NCBI RefSeq assembly: GCF_000315625.1
Contig: NW_005434647.1
Location: 1 to 49,504 of the forward strand
From: Guillardia theta CCMP2712
Taxonomy: Eukaryota; Protista; Cryptophyta
Length of the DNA stretch: 49,504 bases
Direction: 5' to 3'
Part shown: one piece after another, positions 12,869-26,509 of the stretch
Layout: every line of letters begins with the position of its first letter
How positions within the stretch are numbered: position 1 is the stretch's first letter
Position numbers and translations under genes: made by a program
The notes under the pieces: generated by a model
What the model was told of the DNA's origin: nothing
Databases searched by the model: none
Seen by the model: the letters and a program-made list of their open reading frames with translations, nothing else

Positions 12869-15286
12869 ATGGCGCTACCAGAAGCGCCGTGCCCCTCAGC
12901 GTCAGTCGGCTCCTCCGAAGAGCTTGCGACGCATCGAGCCTCCTCCCCTCCGCCACCACTTGTGCCTCTCCTCCCACCCCTCCACATTTCATGCGCCTCA
13001 CATGAGACATGTGCTGTAGCCGACTCATGCAGGGTGGTCAGAGATGATGCTTCTTGCACTAGCGCACCCATAGGAAGCCTGTGGCGCCCGATTGCACGTA
13101 ATGGAAACTCCTGTGGCGGCAAATCGCTTGAAATCGCTAAAAATCTGAGGAGAGCTCGTCCATCTCGTGTGAATCTGAAGTTGATGCATCGAACCAAAAT
13201 GGCGGCAACGAGGACAAAGACAACTCAGAGATGATTGATTCAGTTGCCATGCCTCCTCCTAGGCCACACCCACATCTTTTGACGACAACTCTACTTCCTG
13301 TTGCTGCTGTTCACAAGGATAAGATTGATGAACAATCGGACAGTGAAGCAAGTTGCAGATCCACGCCTCCGGTAGATTGCCGATCTACCAACCATACAAC
13401 CGTAAGAGAAGCAGAAAAAGAGTCAATCTTTGAGGAAGGAAATCTTCTCCACAATAAAGGGATGGATGATTCCAGATTCGATGCGCATGAAACGGACCCT
13501 CAGACGAGAAGTGTATCAAATCAACAGAGCAATGAAGAGGCTTTTTCTGAAGGAAAGAGAAAATCAAACGTTTTACACGCTGTCAAGGACGACAGCGCGG
13601 CAAATAGCGTTATCCAAAAGAAGCGAAGGAAGGAAAAGTCTGCAGTTAGACTATCGTTCAGCGATGATATGGAGGAAAGCAATCGTGAGAACGTGAATTC
13701 ATCAAGTATTTCTCAACTTACAAAGAAGAGGTCAGCGCACAATTCTTGATGATTTTACTGCAAGAACTTCATTTTGAAATAATGTTTTTCATTTCAATTC
13801 TAGATTCAAATTGGAAGAAAAGAATCGAAGGCGCAGAGATGATGCCGGACTTCAGGAAAAGTCCTCACCCTTTTCTCCAGATCAAGTGAGCATGATACTT
13901 TCATACTTCATTTCTTGTGCAATTCAAACTCGAATTGTTACATTTGTGACTATTGCCTCAATCATTCATACGATCCTTTCCATCTCTCAACAACCCTTTC
14001 ATTCATCCTAAGCTCTCCGACTTCTTAATGATTGGAGTTTCAAGATTTCTTTTCATTGTGCAACAGCATTTGTTTTATATATTTCAGTGAGATTCTTGTT
14101 TTCCTTTGACTCGTTGATTGTAGCTCAAATCAAACGGCACTGTCAAAGTGTTTGATGATGATATCCATGCGTGCCGAATTCCACTGCAAGTCAGACATGA
14201 TTTGTCGGAACGACAAGGAAAAAGACCGTACATGGAAGATACGTCTCTGGTTGGTTTTATCTTGTGGAATAGGTGATATGATTGTAACCCATGAATTTTA
14301 GGTAATGAGCAATTTCATTCATAGAGGCTGGCATCTTTTGGGGTTTTTGACGGCCACGGTGGTTCAAGAGCATCGAAATATGCTCGAGACAATCTTCCTC
14401 ATGTCTTGCAAGAATCACTGCAGTCTGAAATAACGCCCGACGAAAATCAGATTTCTGAGGCAATGTCTGCTTCATTTGCTGAGATCGATAGAAGGTAAGG
14501 ACGTACTGTGTTGATTTACCACTTACAATTGTAAAATTCCTGTATGAAAGATTTCTCTCAATCGCACGAGAAGAGCAGTTGAGAGATGGGACCACTGCGC
14601 TCTTGGCTCTGCTGAGGAACAACTTTCTGCATATGGGATGGGTCGGTGATTCTCGTGGAATTCTTTCCAGGCAAGGAAGGTAGCGGATTCCAAATCCCCT
14701 GGTTTTCTTTTCATGTATCCGTACAGGTATTTGAGGGTTTCAGAAGACCACAAGCCTGATCGTCCAGATGAGCGCAAAGCCGTGGAAGCAAGGGGAGGGC
14801 ATGTCATTTTCAGGGGAACTTACAGAGTCAGTCCTGATGACAGTGCAATCGCGATACTAACCATTTTCAGGTTGCTGGCCCGACGGCTCTCGCTGTGAGC
14901 CGAGCTATAGGCGATATTTTGATGAAAGAGCCGAGGAAACTTGTCACTTCAGATCCAGAGATCAAGACCATAGAGCTTCTACCACAAGTGAGTATGGTTC
15001 AGGGCTTGCTGAGGTGATTTTGCCGCAGGACGAGTTTCTTGTCATGGCGTCGGACGGACTTTTCGACGTTATGCGAGACCAGTGTGTGATTGAGACTGTA
15101 AGCAAGCACATACGCGAGAACAAAAGGTTGGATGAAATCGTAGGGCCGGTTACCCTATTTTTGACTCAAATCATTAGTTGCAAAGGCGCCGCTGACAAGT
15201 TAACGGAGATGGCGATTGAGAAAGGAAGCTTGGACAATGTCACTGCGCTAGTGGTGCAGTTCTTATGGAGCTCTACGGATGATTGA
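12869..15286 (+). CDS. Protein phosphatase 2C (PPM family) with long disordered N-terminus
   Basis: GKRPYMED, FDGHGG, DGTTAL, WVGDSR, SEDHKPDRPDE, LAVSRAIGD, ASDGLFDV, GSLDNVT; catalytic domain ~14120-15286; N-terminal exon structure uncertain. Confidence 0.9.
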
Positions 15287-15616
15287 GGGTTGTTTGGATT
15301 CGCCTGGTAATATCAGGCAATTCAAGTTCTCATTGAGAGCTGCTTTGTATCAGTAGTTGCTGTCTCGTAAAGCGAATCAAGTCATTCAGAGTCAGGATTA
15401 AAGTTTCTTGTACTTGCCAGTGAGACTATAGCAAGATCGTGATGGTTTCAAAATCTCTTCAGGCCTCAAGGATTCGACGGTGGAATCTGCACTAGCCCAA
15501 TGGCTCAGCAAACTTCTACTTTAATACCAGTTCAACAGGTCTTGATAAACTGCAGGTGGCCAATTGCATGCCTGTACGTAGACAGCCCACGCGTTTCCAC
15601 ACATAAAGCACTATAA

Positions 15617-16199
15617 TCAATGGTGATGGGAGTGAGCAACTTTCACTGGATAACCTACGAGCAGTCAAAATGAACAAATACAAAATGTTGAAGTACAATA
15701 CCGATCAATTGTCGCTTGCCAATCACTTCACCGAGAACGAAACAGCCGTAGGTTTCAAGAATCGCTACAGCACCAGCTGCTACTATACCAACCTTCAAGT
15801 CTGGAAGTTGCGAAACGTTTGACATGAAATGGCTGAACTCTTCTCTGGCAGCTTGCAAACGCTAAAAGATGGGATCAGGTCAGAAATGTGGACACAGGAA
15901 CAAAGAGACACAACAACAGGACAGCGAGAAGAATAATTTCAGTAGGGGAGGTCAATGTAGAAAACTGAGCCTCTACCATAGAACACACTTTCAATGGCAG
16001 CACATACGCCGCAGCGTTGACCCAGAAGAGGGCGTACCTGTGGGTTGCCCCACCATGAGATCTTTGCGACTTCTTCACGGACACAAGAGACAAAAGTGGC
16101 AGCATCAGGAGCAGCAGGCAACTTCATGCTCAAGCTCCTTCTTTGCATCTCTGCCACTCTCCTCATGCCCCTCGTCACGTGCGCCAAGGCCATCTTCAT
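15617..16199 (-). CDS. Mitochondrial F1Fo ATP synthase subunit g
   Basis: ETYGCFVLGEVIGKRQLIG-YPV matches the subunit-g C-terminal E..F..GE.IG.R...GY signature; R-rich N-terminus resembling a mitochondrial presequence; last exon GYPVKVAHSHHH*. Confidence 0.75.
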
Positions 16200-16374
16200 T
16201 TCGCTCCGCGTCCTTCACAAGTATTTCCCGAAGGGAGGTTCCAAATTCACAATGAAAACCATTGATATTTGAAACATACAATGTAAAGTTTGAACCATAT
16301 AATAATATTTCATAAATCCTGCAATATCATCCTGATCTTTTGAAAATTTCCACCTTCAACTCAGAATTTCGTGT

Positions 16375-16650
16375 TGCCGCCGTCGGCGTCGACCGTTACG
16401 AAATCAAGAAATTGTAACCGCTACAACCTGCGTTGGGCCACGCGGCGGGCGGCCGGGCGGCCGCCAGGCTGATCCCGGCCCGATCTCGGACCGGCGTCCG
16501 CCCCCGGCCCGCTCGGACCCGGTCCGAGTGACACTAGGCTCAGGCTACTGAAGTCACGGACCGTCGGACATCATGTGAGCGGCCCGGCCCGGCGGCCGGC
16601 TATCATACCCGACGGCCGGGCCGCGATGACTGAGTGACGCCGACCGGGTA
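16375..16650. other. GC-rich palindrome-dense block (class GC, copy 3)
   Basis: CGGCCG, CCGG, GGACC/GGTCC, GTGAC/GTCAC, CTCAG/CTGAG words; preceded by an AT-rich stretch. Confidence 0.7.
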
Positions 16651-16684
16651 GGCAATTATGCCAGGGTAGTTGCAGCATGTTCAC

Positions 16685-17010
16685 CGCAAATACCCCTTAT
16701 TATTGCTCTATTTTCTAAGCATAATGGGGGTAGGGGTCATTGAGATAGGGGTGGGGCAACACGTGCGGGTCTTCCATGGAGAAGGTGACGTGGAGGAGGT
16801 ACTACCGGTACATTTTGATAGAGAGTACATGGTAGGGTAGTAACCCCTACCAGCTTCGATGGATGACTGATACCGGTACGTTTTACTTGAAAAAAAGGGG
16901 TAGTTTCAAGATTTTTCTTGTGTAGGGGTGGTAGATATACGAAAATCGGGGAACTTATGGGGTAGGCCTCATGTCCAAGGGAGGGTGGTTGTGAAAAGGG
17001 TGGAGTTAGA
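16685..17010. promoter_or_regulatory. TACCCC-class block in reverse orientation (GGGGTA on +) upstream of HYOU1
   Basis: ggggtaggggt, ggggtgg words; ACCGGTAC at 16804-16811 and 16872-16879. Confidence 0.5.
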
Positions 17011-17059
17011 TGATGGCAGGAGGCCGATATGCAGACAATGAAAAAAGTGAAGATGGGGA

Positions 17060-17159
17060 NNNNNNNNNNNNNNNNNNNNNNNNNNNNNNNNNNNNNNNNN
17101 NNNNNNNNNNNNNNNNNNNNNNNNNNNNNNNNNNNNNNNNNNNNNNNNNNNNNNNNNNN
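17060..17159. other. Assembly gap (100 N)
   Basis: Run of N. Confidence 1.
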
Positions 17160-17532
17160 AGGAGGAGAGGGCGGGGCACCGAGTTGGTGTGGTGAGAGTG
17201 AGTGAGGTTAAGGGGATGGCGAAGGAGGTGAGGAGGCGAGGAAAGCAAATTGTCTATAGCCCTTCTGGCAATAACTCCCTGCTCCCATCTGAGTTTCAAA
17301 CTTGTGGTTGAGAATGCGGCTCTGAGACACAGTCAACAAGTGAGAGAGAAGGGCGATCAAATCCGATTTTTCGAATGCTAAATTCATGATGATTCTCGTA
17401 ACTGAATTTGATTTGCATTTGTAACGGGTACATTACAGGAAGACAGCTGTATTGGATTCTTGTTTTCCACGTGCGAGTGCTGAAATGTTTTTCGATTGTC
17501 ATTGTCCTGACATTATCTTTAGGAGTGGTGAG

Positions 17533-18674
17533 ATGCTGAGGTCCAGGATGAAGGTGAGGTGAATTGACTCTGCTCCTGGAAGCTGAACTCTGGTGTGCTC
17601 AGGTTGCCTTTCAGCTCCTCGCTTGTCTTGTCCTTCTTGGCAGCGACGTGTCGCTGGCTCAGAACGTGCTCGGCATTGACTTTGGGTCTGAATGGATCAA
17701 GCTTGCAGTGGTACAGCGCAGCGCGGGAGTTCAGATCGTCCTGAACGAGGCTTCCAAGCGCAAGAGCCCCAATGCTCTCTCTTTCGGAGCAGAGCAGAGG
17801 GAGTTTGGTGACACTGCCATGGTCAAGCCTCACCTCGCCTTTACCCACACCCGCGAGCTGCTTGGAAAGAAGTATAGCAAGGAAGCGCTGGATGCATACG
17901 GCCCGCACTACTTTCCATATGAGATAGAAGAGGATGTGGAACGCTCGGCGATCAGAGTGAAGGAGGGAGATCGACATCTGTCGCCTGAAGCTCTTGTTGC
18001 CATGGTTCTCACCTACGCCAAGTCGCTCGGCCAAGCGCACACTGGCGAGAAAGTCGCAGACTGCGTGATCACAGTGCCAGGTTTCTACCGGCAGTTCGAG
18101 CGACAGGCCGTCCTGGATGCTGCAGCGATCGCTGGTGAGACGAGGAGAAAGATACTTGGATGAAGAATCAAGAAGGAGCGATGACCTTGCTGCCAGGCCT
18201 CAATGTGCTTGCGCTGATGAACGACCATACAGCGGTGGCACTCAAATATGGCATCGACCATAACGTCGCATCTCTCACGGAGCCACGAGTGAGCGAGAGC
18301 GAGAAGAGCGGAGGGGAAGGGCAGCATGGGAGACCTGACGAGGTGGCAGAATGTCGTCTTCTATGACATGGGATCAACTGCTACCCGCGTTTCTGTCGTG
18401 CAGGTGAAAACGCTGAGGAGCCTCCCGGTGAAGCCTTGCTTTTGCTCTTCTCACTCCTGTCGCTGCAGTTCAGTGCGATACCGGACAAGGAAGCCTTCCA
18501 GAAGAACAAGACGCTTGGGCAGCTCAAGGTGGACTTAACATCCTCGTCCTCCTGTTTCCTCCTGCCCTCTTCTCTATCTTCCTCATTTGCTGCCTAGGTG
18601 CTTTCGACCGCCTGGGACGAGTCCCTTGGAGGCTACGCTTTCACCAGCAAGTAATCATTTTCATCGTTTTTCTT

Positions 18675-18705
<31 letters not shown>

Positions 18706-20106
18706 GGGTCCCCTCCTGCTCCTGCTCCTGCTCCTCTTGAAGTTTCTTGCCCTCGTCTTTCTATCTCTCACTGCATTTGGTTAGAGTCGCTGAGATTCTC
18801 AAGGGCAAGAGCAAGATTGACCCCTCAAAGAACAGCCGCGCGATGGCCAAGTTGATCCAAGCAGCAGAAAAGACCAAGGTGATGTCCTTGTCTCCTTCCT
18901 CTTCCTTGTGCTCATGAAGCTTCGCAGGTCATTCTGTCGGCAAACAAAGACGCTCACCCGACGATCGAGAGCTTCATCGACGACTATGACTTCCGTGCCT
19001 CCATCATGCGCGCTGGTCTACTGCTCCTCTGCCCTCTCTCCCACTCATGTGAGCTCGCAGACTTCGAGGACGCGTCGCGGCATCTGCTGGAGCGTGTGGA
19101 GGGTCCGATCCTTGAGGCTATGAAGCGTGCGAACTTCACAAAGGACGACATCCATTCGGTCCTGGAAGAGAGGGAGAGGATGAGAACGGAGAGAAGAGGA
19201 GGGAGAGAGGAGGGAGAGAGGAGGGAGAGGGGGAGAGGAGAGAGGACTGGCAGGGGGACTGACAAGAGGCAGGTTGGAGTCATTGGAGGAGGATGGCGCA
19301 TCCCGATGGTGCAGGATAAAATTCTTTCCTCAACTGGCAAGCCTCAGCTGGACAAGACTCTCAACGCAGACGAGGTAAGGGCAATGAGGATTGGGCACCA
19401 GAAGAAGAGGCAGGAGCAGGGGCAGATCGAACAGGACAGGACAGAGGAAGGCCTCGCTGGGGGGGGGGGGAGAAGGAGAAGGAAAATGCTTGTGTGTCAG
19501 CCGAGCTGAAGGAGTTCAGGCGTTCTGCTTCGGCGCTGCTCTTTACGCTGCCTCCTTGTCCACTGCGTTCCGTCTCAGGAAGTTTGGAGTTCACGACATC
19601 ACCAGGTAGGAGGAGGAGGGTGTGGAGGTGTAGCAGAGGCTTGCGATGGGTGTGGAGGTGTAGCAGAGGCTTGCGATGGGTGTGGAGGTGTAGCAGAGGC
19701 TTGCGATGGGTGTGGAGGTGTAGCAGAGGCTTGCGATGGGTGTGGGTGTTGCCTGATGTCTGGCAGTTTCCCCGTGAGCATCGACATCGACTCGCTTAGC
19801 GGTGGAGTTGACGAAGTCGCTGAGACCGAAGGCGAGGAGGTGCGAGCTGGAGATGAGCTGGAGATGAGCTGAGAGATTGCAGGAGAAGGCGGAAGGATCC
19901 GAAAGCTCACCTGGCAAGAAGAACGTGAAGCTGTTCAAGGTTAGACTCTTGTTGCCCTACTCCTCTCCCTGCTCCTCTTCGTTTCCCTCACCTGCATGTC
20001 TGCCGCCTTTGCAAGTTCTGACGGGTTTGCAGGCTGGCCATCGGATCCCATCCAAGCGTCTACTGACCTTCAAGGTGATGATGATAATGATGATCGTAAT
20101 GATGCC

Positions 20107-20186
<80 letters not shown>

Positions 20187-22138
20187 GATAGAGCTAAAGC
20201 TGATGGCTTCACAGAGGGACGAGGATCTCACTTTCACCCTCAAGTACGACGACGAAGTTCCTGCTCACACCCCTGTGGTACTATCCTGTAGCTGCCACTG
20301 CTGCTGCTTGTGCTCCTCCTCCTCTCCCCTCCGCCCCCATGCACCATGCACTCTCCTCTCCTCTTCTTTTCTCCTCCTCCTCCTCCTCCTCCCGTTTTGA
20401 CTTCCTCAATTCCCTTGATTCTCTGTCTCTTGAACTGGCAAGGTTGGTGTCTCACTTGTGCCAGGTGATCGCTCGTTACAACATCACGGGCGTCAAGAAA
20501 GGTGAGCGAGGCTTCTTGTGTCTCCCTCTGTCTTGACGTGCTCGGGTTGGTTCTTATTCTTATCCCTTGTAGCGATGGAAAAGTTCCCCAACGCTACCGG
20601 CAAGCCGAAGATTAACGTCTCATTCCGGTTGACTCGCTCGGGGCTGGTGGAGGTTGACAAGGTGAGGGAGGAACAGGAGGAAGAGAGGGGGAGGAGCGGA
20701 AGTGACGGGAGGGACAGGCGGAGGTTGCTATCGAGGAGATGGTGGAGGTAGAGACGTGCGAGACCGTCAAGCCTCCGGCCAAGAACGAGACGCAGGCGAA
20801 CGAGACGGCAGGAGAAGCGAAGGAGGCGGGGGAGAACAACCAGACGGCAACGGGCAATCAGACGGAGGAGGAGGCAGAGAAGAGAGTCTGTACTGTCAAG
20901 GAAGAGAAGAGAGTGCGGCGAGTGGCGCTGGTTGTGGCGGCAGAGACGCCGGTGCCTCGCCCCTTCACGAGCACCCAAGTGAAGGAGACGAAGAAAGTGC
21001 TGGAGGACTACGACGAGAGGGAGAGGAAAATCAGAGAGCGAGCGAGCGCGTTCAACGCCTTGGAGTCCTACATCTACACCACCAAGGAGAAGCTCGAGAG
21101 CAACGTCGAGATGCGTGAGGTCACCACCGAGACCTTCCGCAAGGACTTCACAGCACAGCTCGACAAGATGAGCTCGTGGCTGGACGAGGACGGCTGGGAG
21201 GCCGACACCCTCCTCCTCCGCTCCAAGCTTGCTGAGCTCACACAGGTCCTGCTCCTCCCCATGTCCCCATGCTCTCTTCTGGCCTCTCCTCGGCTTCTCT
21301 TGTTCCCTTCCCCGTCACTTTTTGCTCATCGTGTCTCTCAGGTTGGCGATCCAGTTTTCTTCCGCATGAAGCAGGCGATTGAGAGACCTGTGGCAATCGA
21401 GAAGGCCAACAAGGTCCCTCCCCCTTACTCCCCTTGTCTCCTACTCTCCATACCCCTTTGCTCATCCTACTCTTCTCGATTCCTTCTACCTGGTTCTCCG
21501 CTTCCTGCTGCTTCCTCTCTTCTCTCTGTGCTCCGCTTCTCTTGTTTCTCATCTCTATGTCCCTTGCAGATGCTCGTGGCGATTGAGGAGAGCGTCAAGA
21601 ATCTCACAAAGAAGATGTCTTGGCTCAACGAGTCGCATACACAGGTCAAGATGGGAGGAGGAGGAGGATAGGTTGAGGGCGGAGCGAGAACCAGCAAGAG
21701 GGAAGGAGAGGAGATTTTTGTACAGGCTGACAGTCGAGTAGATGGTGACGAACAAGACGGAAGCGTTGAAGGAGTGGATGAAGACCAAGATGGAGGAGCA
21801 AGAGAAGCAGCCGGCTCACGAGGACCCAGTCTTCACCTCGGACGAGGTCTTTGCGAGGTGACTCTTTACAGCTTCACTTTCCTCAGGTGACCCTCGTGAT
21901 CCTCCACCTCAGGTTCCCTGCCATCGAGGAAGCGCTCAAGCGTCTGGCTCGCGTGCAGAAGCCTCTCCCTCCCAAGAAGCCCAAGGCCGAGAAGAAGGAG
22001 GTGAGGGGACGCGGGGAGGCTGCCGGTGCTGACCTGAAGGTGCAGAACGAGACAAAAGTGAACGCGACGGAGGAGACGGAGGGAGAGAAGGGGGAAGAGA
22101 GCAAGGGCGAGGAAGAAGAGACCAAGACCGAGCTCTAG
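17533..22138 (+). CDS. HYOU1: ER Hsp70-family nucleotide exchange factor HYOU1/GRP170/Lhs1, many exons
   Basis: Signal peptide then VLGIDFGSEWIK, IVLNEASKRKSP, CVITVPGFY, YDMGS, IGGGWRIP, LNADEA..GAA, NALESYIY, C-terminal KTEL* ER-retention signal. Confidence 0.93.
19618..19745 (+). repeat. Intronic 30-bp minisatellite, 4 perfect copies plus a partial
   Basis: Unit GGGTGTGGAGGTGTAGCAGAGGCTTGCGAT. Confidence 0.95.
20077..20185 (+). repeat. Intronic (GAT)n microsatellite
   Basis: Direct reading; lies between GT at 20075 and AG near 20213. Confidence 0.95.
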
Positions 22139-22199
22139 AGTTGGAGTAGGGGGAGCAGGAGGATAAGTAGATATGAGTGTCATGGGGATTTCGTTTGCT

Positions 22200-24100
22200 T
22201 AGGTCAGAGAAGACTTTCGGATTCTTTTCTTGCCACTCAATCGCCTGATGCTTTGAGGAGAGCTGAGGATCGCCATCACGTGTGGGTGTAGTGTCGGAGG
22301 ATCGCGTGATGTTCCTCCAGCCTCAGCTCGTCGCTTGAGTTGGGCGACTGGACGTGAAAATCCATCGAGAGGTCAGGACGAGGCCCCGTCGAGCTCCAGG
22401 ACCAGTCAAGCTGCTTCCTCCTCGCGAAGTCCAGCATTCCCGTCTTGACTCGACGAGATTCGTTGCCTCCGCTGCCTTTGGCAGTTGGCTGCCTCCCTCT
22501 CGCTGCCTCCCTCCGCATGGAACTGTCGCCAGCTGCTGCAGCATCAGGGACAGCACGAGGAGAGCACGCGCACCTGAAGCCACGCGGAGATACTCGTTGA
22601 AATTGACCCGCCTCGACGCGACACTCTAAGAAACCGACAAGAAAAGCTCAGTGCATCCTTCCTCCGCTTCCCCCGCCTTGCAGTCTTGTCATACCGTGGT
22701 ATGCAGAGAGTTGATGAGAGTGGGAGGAGATGTGCTTGTCTCTTGCTGGGGCTTGTGCCGTACGATCGAGCCAGGAGTGATCTTGAGACGAGATGCTGGA
22801 GAAGACGTGTAAAGGGCGAAGAGAGAGAGGGGGAGTGAGAAGGGATGGAGGGAGAGGGAGAGAGAAGATAAAGAAACATGAGCAGTGACTAGTAGCAGGT
22901 CGTTGGTCACCTTCGACCCATGACGAAGACATGGCCATGTGCTTGAGGATTGATCCGCGAGGAAATGCTGGAAAGCTGATCGAAGAGAGTGAGGGAGAGA
23001 ATGTCTTTCTTGGATCTTCTCTGCTCCTCCTCCCCCTCATTTCCTGCATCCTTTCATCCTTATCCTGAAACTCATTCAGACAGCGCGCGCGGGAGGAGGA
23101 GGACAAAGTCTTCACCTCTTCTCTCACTTGTCGGTCGTTGGATGGAGGGAGGTATCCCATCACGTTCAGCAGCTGGTCAGGCTCGGATCGCTCCTCTGAC
23201 TCCATGGCAGATGCTGGCCTGGGTCTGTCCTGTTGCTCCTCCAAGCGATTGGGAAGCGACGAGTAGCCGAGCGACGTGGCGGGTCTTGAGATTCTCAACC
23301 GCTTCTCGCTCTTTGACGTTTCTTTGGACGAGAAGATGCTGCAAACATTCTCAATACCCTGCTACTGCCCCTGCATCCCCCCCCTGACCGCCACCACCTC
23401 CTCTCCTTCCTCGTCACCACCAAACTTCTCAGGCAAGAGGAGAGAGAGCTGGGCTCACCATGTCTTTGTCTGCAAGGCGAACTGACGATCGCCCGCAGCT
23501 CTGTACCACAGTTAAAAGCGGAAGGCAGCGGAGCAGCATGAGCACTTGCGCGCGTCTTGCTCTTGTTCTCCCCCCGCTCGCCCCCCGCTGACGGGCAAGT
23601 GCGCTCGTCGGCTGTTGATGGCTTTGATGGCAGCAGCTGGGGACTGAAGTCAGGAACGGGAGGGAAGGGCTGGAGGAGGAGACGTCTCTTGGGAGGGCTG
23701 GGGAGGTCGAAAGAGCGCAGAGAAGCTCGGAGGTCCTGCAGCATCTTCATGGAGGCGACGGTCTCCCCGAAGAGATGGTTGGCTTGGCGGACCATCAGCC
23801 TCGCCTGCAGGTTGCTGTCGGTCTTGGCTCTCGCCAGATTCTTCCCGTCCTCGTGGAAGCGAATCGATGCTCTCTCCAGCCCTCTCACCTCGTCCACTGC
23901 GTTGCTGCCCAACTCGGAGGCGAGAGGCTCAAGCTCAACCTGTCCCGACATGCGAAGCTCCGTTGCTGCGTCAAATGCTGTTTCCAACCCTTTCCTTCCC
24001 TTGCAGCTTCCCTCTCATGTGATCATCAACACTAACATATCTCCTCATCCCCACGGTACATCCAGAGCAGTGCTATGACCTGCAATCCCGCCCTCCCATG
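22200..24100 (-). CDS. Uncharacterised multi-exon protein (RPASA/RPATS low-complexity motifs)
   Basis: ORFs 23295-23987 and 22648-23298 with coding-like composition interrupted by splice-bounded low-complexity introns; ends uncertain. Confidence 0.5.
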
Positions 24101-24101
24101 C

Positions 24102-24170
24102 CCTCCTCTCCTCTCCTCTCCTCTCCTCTCCTCTCCTCTCCTCTCCTCTCCTCTCCTCTCCTCTCCTCTC
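24102..24170 (+). repeat. (CTCTC)n microsatellite
   Basis: Direct reading. Confidence 0.95.
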
Positions 24171-24558
24171 TAGGTTTGCAGTCCGGCGTTGACGGGTCAA
24201 GCAGTTGACGCCCAGGGAGGGCTTTTACATGTAGGAGGGGAGGGGGAGGGGGAGGGGCTGAGAGATTATTTGAAGACTTAAGGAATGTGAGAGCTTAGGG
24301 GTATGGGTTCGACGAGTTCTCAAGTCCACTGCACGCTCTGAGGCGCAAGCGGTGTGAACTAGAAGCTGCTGAGATACAAGTCAGAGGGAAGCGGAGCATT
24401 GAGGTGGCCGAGCGATGGCAGCCGAGCAGGAACCGCGGCAGCTGATTAGGAGCAGGCCAAGGTCAGCAAGGCGACGACAGAGAAGATGATGCTGGAGGAC
24501 GAGGGAGTCTGAGGGAGAGGGTGGAGGCAACAAGCAGGCATGAGAGCGTCATGCTCCT

Positions 24559-26229
24559 TTACGATGAATCTTCGGGAAACTTTAAGAGTTTCTCCGACGC
24601 AATCAGCTGCGAGCTGTCGCTCACGAAGCTTGCTCGAACGTCAGGGCGAGACTTGAGATGAAATGCGCTCACGTCGTAGTCGAGAAGAAGGATGCTGTCT
24701 CGTAGCCTGCCGTCTCTCGGAGTAGGACACATGCTCTGCCTCCTCGTCGCCTCCTCCTCTAGTTCCCTCCAGAGCTCCAGCGGCTCAGTCGCAGGCGTCC
24801 TGTCCATGATGTCCTTGCGGATGTTAACGAAAGATCGCTCGAGCTCGAGCTCGTCGGTGTAGGGGGGCCCGGAGGAGAGGAGGAAGGGCATGTTGAACGG
24901 ATCTTCAATGATGTTTCCGACCTCCTCGATGGCAAAGAGAGCCCAGCAGATAATCGCCACCGCGGGGATCATCAAGATTTTCATGCTGTGAACGAGGACG
25001 AGGGGAAGAGTGAAGCACCAGACGCTGAGGAAGCGAGAGGTGTGACGGGAGTAGGAGAGAGGTACGGCAGTCTTGACTATCCTCTCGGCGTTTGCTATCG
25101 TTGCGATCAGGCGGCTCACCATGTTCTCTGCGTGCCCCCTGCTCTGTTTCACGTCTGCCACTGCGACGGCGATCTGCAAGGCATCCATCTCCATCTCCCT
25201 TCCAGTCGCCTCGTCCACTCGCTTGTTGGCTTGCCGGATCTTGTCGGGGTCGGAGAAGACGCATTTGACAATGGCTGAGAGCATCTTGCACACAGCAAGC
25301 GGGCGATGTCGAGACGTCCAGATGAGCTCCACGTCTTGCTCGGACAGGATCTCCTTGAGCGCCTCCTTCTGGCTCTTGCTACCCTGCGCCCGTCCCGACC
25401 TCAGGTGATGAAGAAGAATGACAGGGTAGGCGGCGAGCAGCTGGAGGAGGTGCTCCCGGTCCCACCCCCTCATCGAGCTGTGAGCTATGCAGCTCAGCTC
25501 GCGCACGGCAGAGATCATCTCGCTCCAGATCTTCCTCGCCTCCCAGAACCTGTCGTAGGCTGAGTTGGTGCGGAAGACGAGGAGGAGACTGAGCGCGCCT
25601 CCCAGGAGCGCGTGTACGGACGTGCTCATGCCCTGGGTGAGCAGAACGAAGTTGAAGGAGTTGGAGGAGTAAGCGAAGAAGACAGAGACGGCGAGGAGGA
25701 GGTTAGCGAAGAGATGAGACTTGATGCGAGAGAGGGTGGTCGAGCTGAAGATGGTGACGAAGTTGAGGGCCCACTTGCTGGACTTGTGGCGATCGGGAGC
25801 AAGGATGGTGTGCTTCTCTTGTACCCCTGTCTCCAGTCTCGTCACCTTTCATCCGCATCCTCGCAGCACGCGGGTGACCTATGCTCCAGTTGTCGTCCAA
25901 GATGGTGGTGGGGAGCAAGGAAGACATCTGCATGCTCTCTCAGACCCTCGCCACCCTGCCAGATCTCCACCATCTTGACGGTCCTTGGAAACGAAGCCGG
26001 GCAAACGCGCCTACTGCAAGGAAGCTTTACATGCATCACTTGCTCACAAACTCACCAACCTCAGGAGCTTTACATGAGCTGTGCTCACACCTAAGTCACG
26101 CTTGAGTTTAGAAACAATGGCATCGGCGTTACCGGTTGGGTTACAGAGTTGACAGTGATTGAAAGAAAATACACAGGAAGCATTGAAGATTAACATCACG
26201 AAAAGCCGGATGAAGACTGAGCATTCCAT
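24559..26229 (-). CDS. Bestrophin-like anion channel (bacterial YneE/RFP-TM, BST/VCCN type), probably plastid-targeted
   Basis: LLLVFRTNSAYDRFWEARKIW, VPLSYSRHTSRFLSVWCFTLP, AIEEVGNIIEDPF; upstream exons give the signal peptide MECSVFIRLFVMLIFNASCVFS-F. Confidence 0.9.
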
Positions 26230-26509
26230 CTTGAATCCAGCTACTCAAGGATGATGTTAGAAGAATTTTTGAAGCAAAAGCTACAGCACGTAGGAATACA
26301 AGATTGGAAAATGGAGGGAAAACAATACGAGAAGGAATGAATGTAAAACGAAGATCAGGGCAGTATGCCGCATTGGCTAGCGAGCACGAGGGCAGGATCA
26401 GTAGCTGCAGATAGGCAACGAGAAACGTAGAGGGGGAGGGGAAGAGGAAGCCTGTAATGGCATTCGAGCGTCGGAGCTAGACCGGTGTAGGGGAGAGCTT
26501 TTATGGTAT

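Noticed and set aside
19877-20400. Poly-Met / poly-Asp ORFs
   Set aside because: (GAT)n lies within a GT-AG intron of HYOU1
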